A DNA stretch of 64,000 nucleotides from the NCBI GenBank assembly GCA_963735055.1, contig CAVTJN010000007.1, positions 14,761 through 78,760 on the forward strand, read 5' to 3'. Below are positions 50,140 to 64,000 of this stretch, piece by piece. The notes beneath the pieces were generated by a model that was not told where the DNA came from, made no database searches, and saw nothing but the letters and a program-made list of their open reading frames with translations. The DNA comes from an uncultured Chloroflexia bacterium. GTDB taxonomy: Bacteria > Chloroflexota > Dehalococcoidia > Dehalococcoidales > UBA2162. How positions within the stretch are numbered: the stretch's first letter is position 1; each line of letters starts with the position of its first letter. The position numbers and the translations under genes are program-made.

Positions 50140-50432
50140 GTAGATATATTACATCTTACTTGGTATTTTTTACTACATCTATTAGGTGATTTTGGGATGA
50201 ATAGGGAGAAGCGGCCGAAGGGGGAGGGTTGGAGCATGCGCTGGATGATTTTCTCAGGCCGGTGGCGCCGTGATCAAAATGGATTTGCACTATAATTTGA
50301 TTACCCCCTGTTATCTATTGCAAATATTGCGACCATTAATTTCTAAAAATATTTCACAACCTCCTCCAAATCCGGGTGGATGGCAGATCATTTTCTTGTA
50401 AGTACAGGATGGACAATCCAAGGAGTTTTTCA

Positions 50433-54981
<4,549 letters not shown>

Positions 54982-55141
54982 TTTGCCCCGTTTAGGTTAG
55001 TAATAAGTTCGTGTTTTGCCAACAAGTTCCTCTCTTTATGAGCCATTCGTCAGGAGAAATCACATCCGTCCCGCGGTTGAGATCTCCGGGACCAGGGAGC
55101 GACTATTTTTTTCGAAACAGGCAGTTCAGGGAGGAAGCCGC

Positions 55142-58317
<3,176 letters not shown>

Positions 58318-58378
58318 CTCGATCTAAAAAGGCGCCTGCGATTACCCCGCAGGCAGCCTTTCTGTGATTACACAGTTT

Positions 58379-60288
58379 CTAGAAAGATTGGTGTTCGGTG
58401 CGGGCGATGATCTCATCCTGCAGCGCATCGCTGAGGTCGACAAAATAGTCCGAATAGCCTGCCACGCGCACGATCAAGTCGCGGTACAGGTCGGGAGCTC
58501 TGCTTGGCTTTGCGCAGGGTGGCGGCATCGACGACGTTGAATTGGATATGATGGCCATCCAACTTGAAGTAGGTGCGCACCAATTGCACCAGGTGGTCAA
58601 TGCCGTCGTCATCTTTGAGCAATTGCGGGGTGAGTTTCTGGTTGAGCAGCGTGCCGCCGGTGCGCACGTGATCCATTTTGGATAGCGATTTGATCACCGC
58701 GGTTGGACCGCAGCGGTCAGCCCCCTGCACGGGTGAAACTCCCTCGCTGACCGGCGTGCCCGCCCGGCGGCCGTCAGGTGTCGCGCCGGTGACCGACCCA
58801 AAATAGACGTGGCAGGTGGTGGGCAGCAAGTTGATGTGATACTCACCTCCGCGCGTGTTTGGCCGGCCGTCGACGGCGTTGAAATAGGCTTCAAAGACGC
58901 GCTGCATCAGTTGGTCGGCGGCATCATCATCATTGCCGAAACGCGGGGTGCGGTTGAGCAGCGCTTTCTGCAGGCGTTCATGGCCTATGAAGTCATCCCG
59001 CAGTGCCGCGAGCATTTCGGCCATCGGGATGTCCTGCTTCTCATACACGTGGCATTGGATCGCGGAAAAACAATCGGTGATCGTGCCCACCCCTACGCCC
59101 TGGATATAACTGGTGTTGTAGCGCGCGCCGCCATCGTGGTAATCTTTCCCGCGCGTGATGCAGTCGTCGATGAGCAGAGACAGGAAAGGCGCGGGCATGT
59201 AGGTGGCGTATAAGCGCTCGATGACGTTGTTCCCACGGATTTTGATATCGACAAAGTGGTTGAGCTGGCGTGTGAAAGCCGAAAACAACGCCTCAAAACT
59301 GCTGTAGGCGCCTGGCTCGCCCGTCTCCAGCCCGATGCGCTTGCCTGTGCGCGGGTCAACACCGTTATTCAGGGTGATTTCGAGCACCTTGGGGATGTTA
59401 AAGTAGCCGGTCAGGTTGTAGTTTTCGTGGCCGAAGACTCCCACTTCGACGCAGCCCGAAGACCCGCCCAAACGCGCGTCTGCCATCGTTTTCCCCTGCC
59501 GCACCAGTTCCTGGACGATCAGGTCGGCATTGAAAAGGGAGGGCTGTCCGTAACCGGTGCGGATGATCCTGGCGGCGCGCTGGATCAGGCGGACGGGGTT
59601 CTTTTTGCTCACCTGGACGGATGCGCTTGGCTGCAGCAAGCGCAGCTCTTCGACCACATCCAGCAGCAGGTAGGTGACTTCGTTGACCGCGTCCGAGCCA
59701 TCCGGCAGGATTCCACCCAGGTTGATCTGGGCGAAATCGGTGTAAGTGCCGGATTCGGCCGCGGTTACTCCCACCTTGGGTGGGGCAGGCTGGTTGTTGA
59801 ATTTGATCCAGAAACACTGCAGAAGTTCCCGGGCAAACTCTTGGGTGAGCGTCCCGTTTTCCAATCCGGTTTTGTAAAAGGGATAGAGATGATGGTCGAG
59901 ATGCCCTGGACAGAACGAATCCCAGGTGTTGAGTTCGGTGGTTACTCCCAGGTGGACAAACCAGTAATACTGCAAGGCTTCCCACAGGTCGCGGGGGGCA
60001 TGCGCGGGCACATGCTCGCAGACCGCGGCGATGCGCTCCAACTCCAACTTGCGCCGGGCGTCGCTTTCCTGGCCGGCCAATTCTCGGGCCAGTGCGGCAT
60101 GGCGGCTCGCAAACCGGATGATGGCCCCCGCGCTGACGCGCATGGCTTTCAGTTCTTCTTGCCGGCTGTAGGCGGATGGATCGTTGAGAAAATCCAGGCC
60201 GGCCAGCGCCCAGCCGCCACCATCCCCACAGGCTCGACCAGCACGCTATGGGTTCCCCTGGTCGGCCTGAATGAGACGATAAAGTGCT
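58379..60288 (-). pseudogene. glycyl-radical enzyme (PFL2 / dehydratase-lyase branch), 5'-truncated and frameshifted near the 3' end
   Basis: GGSSGCVEVG (Cys-Glu active-site loop) in ORF 58413..60143. Glycyl radical motif [15 protein letters not shown] in ORF 58379..58612. Similarity to the family stops near 60288, at about residue 200-230 of typical ~800-aa members. Confidence 0.8.
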
Positions 60289-60462
60289 AAGATTCGTGTA
60301 CCGAAAAGGACTTAGTATTGATCAGGTTGCTCCCGCGAAGATCGAGAGCGAGGACTGAACAGGGTAACTCGAGGTGTACCGCGAAGCAGCCCGCAATGCC
60401 GGCGAATGGCTGGAACGGGAATGCCCTGTCACACAGGGGAGAGAACGATGAGCAGTCCCGGA

Positions 60463-61356
60463 TCAGGATTTTTGTCGCCGCAACACAAGGGCATTGACGT
60501 CCGCCCGCTTGAACCTGCGGTCTCCTCTGGACCCGATTCGTGACATCCGCAAAATACCGACTTCGCCCCAGCGTGCTATTGTGGTGTCAGTAACGCCCAG
60601 AAGCAAAGCTGCATCACCGGTGCTCAGCAGGTCATTTGGCAGCATGGCACGTCGCTTCTGGCCCGCGGGCTGCTTTGCAGTAACGAGTTGCCTTGCTCGC
60701 TCACGCGTGATACCCATCAGTCGCCCGATGGAAGCGTATCCAGCACCACGTATCGAAAGACGCGTGCGACAATGGGAAGAGTTCGGGATAAGCTCCCACT
60801 TGCTCCGACGCTGGCAGAGCGTATGGGAGTGGCTGTCGACGACGTCCACCAGTTCGGCCGTCTCCAATCGCCCCAGGTCGAAGCAGGACATCGTGGTTAT
60901 GCTCAGCCGGCGAACAAGACGTTTCACAACCAGTTCGTAGGTAATGAAATTGGCCCATTCGGTGGCTGTCATTGAGGACACGTTCTGACCGAACCGCATG
61001 CGGGCGAACCCATTCTGGCCAGACGAGTAACTCTTCTCACACAGAACTCTTAACCATTCGAACAAATCGAACGGTGCCCCTTTGCTGTGCCAGTATTCAG
61101 GGCCAGCTATTATCAGTTGCCCTCTGTCGACATAGCTGCCCAGGTCGCCGACCGCCTGTTCCAAGCCTCGGGTTGCCATCTCCACGGTCATGGGCTCCGT
61201 TGCGACCCACAAGCAGAACTCATTCAGCTCCAGCCCCCTATGGAAATACTGGACCAGAGTGTCGACAGCATCATTTGCGTCGTGAAAGAGTTGTGCGACG
61301 TGGTATCCTGGACCAATGCTGCCGACAGCCTCTATACTGAATGGCACCGTACACAC
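60463..61356 (-). CDS. MEDS-domain regulator with two C-terminal HTH modules
   Basis: Intact 297 aa. N-terminus HVAQLFHDANDAVDTLVQYFHRGLELNEFCLWV (MEDS-like). Then GYASIGRLMGITRERARQLV (sigma-70 region-4-like) and LLSTGDAALLLGVTDTTIARWGEVGIL (excisionase/MerR-type HTH). Confidence 0.6.
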   Translation of the reverse strand: MCTVPFSIEAVGSIGPGYHVAQLFHDANDAVDTLVQYFHRGLELNEFCLWVATEPMTVEMATRGLEQAVGDLGSYVDRGQLIIAGPEYWHSKGAPFDLFEWLRVLCEKSYSSGQNGFARMRFGQNVSSMTATEWANFITYELVVKRLVRRLSITTMSCFDLGRLETAELVDVVDSHSHTLCQRRSKWELIPNSSHCRTRLSIRGAGYASIGRLMGITRERARQLVTAKQPAGQKRRAMLPNDLLSTGDAALLLGVTDTTIARWGEVGILRMSRIGSRGDRRFKRADVNALVLRRQKS

Positions 61357-61584
61357 CTCCCCTCACATTGCGAGTTGCGATTCGAGAACTCCACCCGAGA
61401 ATATAGCGTCATCCTGTTTCGTTGTCAACGGCTACGCGCACAATAGCCCGTCTTACAGAATTGGGGTTACATTAGTAGTGGGAGTAAGGTACGGCCGGAG
61501 GTCTTCGCCGCCAATAGAACACAGTACCTTCCTGCCGGCGTTCGCCATCGGTTACAATGGAATTATCCTGCAGGTGGAAGTAAG

Positions 61585-61980
61585 GTGGGGGAGGGACATG
61601 CCTTGTTGCCGCATGACGGTCGCCGCTCCAATATTCAGCTCATCAGTGAGATACTGAGCCTCCTCCGGCTGGGGGAGGTGGGGAAGACCGAGGTAATGTA
61701 CGCGGTCAGGCTGAGTCACTATCAGACCCAGAAGTATGTGGCCCGGCTGGTGCAGATCGGCCTGGTCGATCAGACGGCGGCCGAAGGCCGCTCGCCTTCG
61801 TATCGTATCACCGCCAAGGGGTTGGACCTGCTGGGACGTATCGAACAGATGCAGGAGATGCTGCAAGCCCAGGAGATTCCGGCGATCATTGATGCCCCGG
61901 AGTTGAAGGTTGACGAGGCTCCGTACAGCCGGATGCTGAAACGCATCCGAGACGCCATCAAGCACCGACAGGACGACTGA
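61585..61980 (+). CDS. small winged-helix DNA-binding protein
   Basis: 131-aa ORF divergent from the MEDS gene. IQLISEILSLLRLGEVGKTEVMYAVRLSHYQTQKYVARLVQIGLVD..YRITAKGLDLL is a wHTH pattern. The start codon is uncertain (GTG 61585 or a downstream TTG). Confidence 0.5.
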   Translation: MGEGHALLPHDGRRSNIQLISEILSLLRLGEVGKTEVMYAVRLSHYQTQKYVARLVQIGLVDQTAAEGRSPSYRITAKGLDLLGRIEQMQEMLQAQEIPAIIDAPELKVDEAPYSRMLKRIRDAIKHRQDD

Positions 61981-62136
61981 GAGCCTTGACCGGCGGGTAC
62001 CTGGTCATACGAGTGGTCCGTACACTCCCCCAATGGCCAGACGCCAATCCCTCCCAACGCATGGCGCAGGCCGACTAAGCCTGCGGTATAGTCGAACTAT
62101 ACCGGGCACGGGAGCCCGCCGCCAGGGAGGTAACCG

Positions 62137-62328
62137 ATGGACGCGACCAACACTATTGTCTGCATGGTAAGGGGACACGCCTTCCGCAAGATCACTCACC
62201 AGGGGTCAGCCTACCGGTACTGTCTGAATTGCGGGCGGCTTGTATGGCGGCACAGTCACCTGAACCGGGCTCGCCGCGGCGCCCCGGCCGCCGTCCTTGG
62301 GGATGCCGTGGCCGAGCCGGCCCTATGA
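62137..62328 (+). CDS. small protein with a C-terminal CxxC knuckle (DUF1660-like pattern)
   Basis: GGGAGG RBS 6 nt before ATG 62137. MDATNTIVCMVRGHAFRKITHQGSAYRYCLNCGRLVW. Confidence 0.35.
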   Translation: MDATNTIVCMVRGHAFRKITHQGSAYRYCLNCGRLVWRHSHLNRARRGAPAAVLGDAVAEPAL

Positions 62329-62366
62329 CGTTAGAATAGGTAAGTGAAGCATCCTGAAAGGAGAAA

Positions 62367-62684
62367 TTGATGAGATTCAGACTACGCCTGCTAGCACTCG
62401 CCGCGGCACTGACCGTGCCGGCGGTGGCGCTTGGCTCGTGCATGCCTGCCCCGTGGGATTTCCCCCAATGGTCCAGTCCGGGCTTCACTAGCTTTGGATT
62501 CTTCGGCTTTCCCTTCGCCATACTGGGGATCGCCGTGTACTTCCTGCCGACGATTATCGGCGCGGTGAGACACGCCAAGAGCATCGTGGGGATCATCCTG
62601 GTGAACATCTTTGCCGGCTGGACCGGTGTCGGCTGGATAATCGCCCTGATCTGGTCACTGGTGGGGGTGGCCGAGAAGAAGTAA
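62367..62684 (+). CDS. superinfection-immunity (Imm_superinfect, T4 Imm-like) family membrane protein with signal/lipoprotein-like N-terminus
   Basis: AAGGAG RBS 6 nt before ATG 62367. YFLPTIIGAVRHAKSIVGIILVNIFAGWTGVGWIIALIWSL matches the family signature. Confidence 0.65.
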   Translation: MMRFRLRLLALAAALTVPAVALGSCMPAPWDFPQWSSPGFTSFGFFGFPFAILGIAVYFLPTIIGAVRHAKSIVGIILVNIFAGWTGVGWIIALIWSLVGVAEKK

Positions 62685-63041
62685 TCGAGGAGCATCCCCC
62701 TTTTTCCCCCTTCGTGCCAGGAAGGGGGAATTCCATAGGGGGTCTCTGCGGAAGGGGGGGACGCGGGACGCTGGATTCCCTCAAGGACTACGTGCGTGTC
62801 AGACTCTGGATTCCCACTTTCGTGAGAATGACGAGGGAACTGCGAATGACGAAGAACGTTGGGGTGACAGTGCAATTCGCGCCCCTTCGTCGTTCCGGAC
62901 TTGATCCGCCTTGTCCTCGCGGCTCAACCTCCAGGGAATCCACAAAGGGGCGGGACGTGGATGGCCTGGTCTCCGTAAGGTCTCCGGAGCGAGGAAGACG
63001 ACCACCTGCGGGAAGAAGGACAACCACAGGGGGTCCCCCGA

Positions 63042-64000
63042 TCAGGTCGAGGGCAGGCAAGCCCGACCATGACGATGGGAGCGGGCGGGGCCACCCCGGT
63101 CCCCGCTGGTGAACCTGACCAACTCGGCGAATTCGTTTATCTTGGTGGAGTTGTTGGTCTCCAGGAATCCGTCATAGGTCAGGCTGATCCACGGCTTATG
63201 GTGCAACTCGCTGAACTTCTCCGACATGGCGGCCACGATGCCCCCGGGCATGCAGCCGTGGGGCATGACCGATATCACGCCGGCAAATTCCCGGTTTTCC
63301 AGCCAGTCGATGCCGCTGCCGATACTCAGGACCGCTTCACTGCCGCAGCGCGACGAGAGAAACTCGGCGGACTTGCCCAGGATGGCGACCGTTGAAGGCT
63401 CCTTTTCGGGAACCACATCACGGTAGTTGCGGGCGATCGAGTGCTCATCCAGTTCCTGGACCTGCTTCCGGAGGTAGCTCTTTATGATCCGGGTCATGTT
63501 CCGGTCCTTGACAGCATCTTCGAGATTCCGGTGGGAAGTGTACTTCAGCCACTCCCCGACGGGTGAGACCACTACCTCGAGGCCGGCCTTCTCACAGTTC
63601 TTCACCAGGTCGCTATTGCTGAACCGGTTGGAGCGCAGGTAGATCTCGCCGTTGATACCGACCAGAGGCCGGCGCGGCCACCGGGATCGATCAGTGCCTT
63701 GAATGCGGCAGCAGCCTCTTTCAGGACGGGCTTGAATTCCTTCTTCCGGCGCATCCGACCGGCGATCTCTTTCAGATAGTGGTCAAAAAGCCGGTCCGCC
63801 GAACCCGTTTCCCGTTCGTAGGGCCGGATCCGCCACAGCAGTTTCTGCAGGTAGTCCACGGCCACGATGGCCTTCCAGGCCAGCCGCTCAAATCCGGCCC
63901 CGAGGCCGATGTCGCGGTAGGCGTTGTTGGAGACGGTAGTGCGGATGGGAAGGTCGAAGCCCAGGTCTTTGAGGACACGGGTCTGCTCGATGGCGTACTT
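63042..64000 (-). pseudogene. 3' part of an acyl-CoA dehydratase activase-related protein (DUF2229 / BadF-BcrA-HgdC-associated domain); runs off the window; frameshifted
   Basis: ORF 63042..63605 has VISVMPHGCMPGGIVAAM and WISLTYDG. The upstream pieces 63602..63865 (AVDYLQKLLWRIRPYERETG) and 63772..63978 are in other frames. Confidence 0.65.

Noticed and set aside
50318-50332. ttgcaaatattgcga near-palindrome upstream of lacZ as a LacI operator
   Set aside because: The half-sites match poorly and it resembles neither palindrome type found at 18.5-19.7 kb. The evidence is too weak to call.
59256-60290. 344-aa plus-strand ORF over the glycyl-radical enzyme
   Set aside because: Antisense shadow ORF. 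The GRE motifs are on the minus strand.
60291-60462. Possible group II intron end, retron msr/msd or IS-end non-coding RNA next to the GRE breakpoint
   Set aside because: There is no reverse-transcriptase or transposase ORF nearby. I could not recognise a GTGCG 5' end or a domain V consensus. It remains an unexplained structured spacer under the GRE finding.
62192-62875. 227-aa minus-strand ORF
   Set aside because: It is antisense to the well-supported Imm-like gene and runs through the REP-like repeats (HSHESGNPESD strings), which is characteristic of repeat read-through rather than a gene.

Overview
This is a GC-rich bacterial chromosomal segment dominated by glycan-degradation genes. The taxon cannot be fixed from the sequence alone.

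Gene order, left to right:
- **1-3824:** the end of a phage-tail-like contractile (eCIS-type) cluster, with sheath, tube and two conserved unknowns.
- **4148-5092:** alaX, then tRNA-Lys(UUU) at 5021-5092.
- **5093-33862:** a 28.8-kb interval that looks like an integrase-less genomic island. The 44 bp of the tRNA from anticodon loop to 3' end recur at 33863-33906, and again, interrupted, at 33922-33970.
  - It opens with an AT-rich block, a GT4 gene and a GH39 gene.
  - A seven-gene minus-strand operon follows: three GH29, a ManC-like gene, a tandem cytidylyltransferase-like gene, a fucokinase-like GHMP kinase and GDP-mannose 3,5-epimerase. A LacI-type palindrome sits in its promoter.
  - Next come a LacI regulator, an ABC sugar transporter, a GH31 and a second LacI.
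  - A 6.6-kb module (secreted beta-propeller, STAND-LuxR regulator, BBE-type FAD oxidase) is bracketed by initiator-tRNA 3' fragments.
- **34182-48384:** a membrane Mo-oxidoreductase, small unknowns, a DEAD-box helicase, a large glycoside hydrolase, an ABC-F ATPase with an attenuator-like leader, and membrane proteins.
- **48449-58317:** an FG-GAP/ASPIC lipoprotein, then two GH2 beta-galactosidases flanking an unknown gene.
- **58379-64000:** a 5'-truncated glycyl-radical enzyme, a small accessory module (MEDS regulator, wHTH, Zn-ribbon protein, superinfection-immunity-like protein), and a partial activase-related gene.

Roughly half of the genes are broken by frameshifts. Two breaks that I could localise sit in 4-nt homopolymers, so sequencing error is at least as likely as real decay. 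I saw no CRISPR array, no rRNA, and no intact integrase or transposase.

The most interesting candidate is the GDP-sugar operon, which may encode a Leloir-like L-galactose/L-fucose route.
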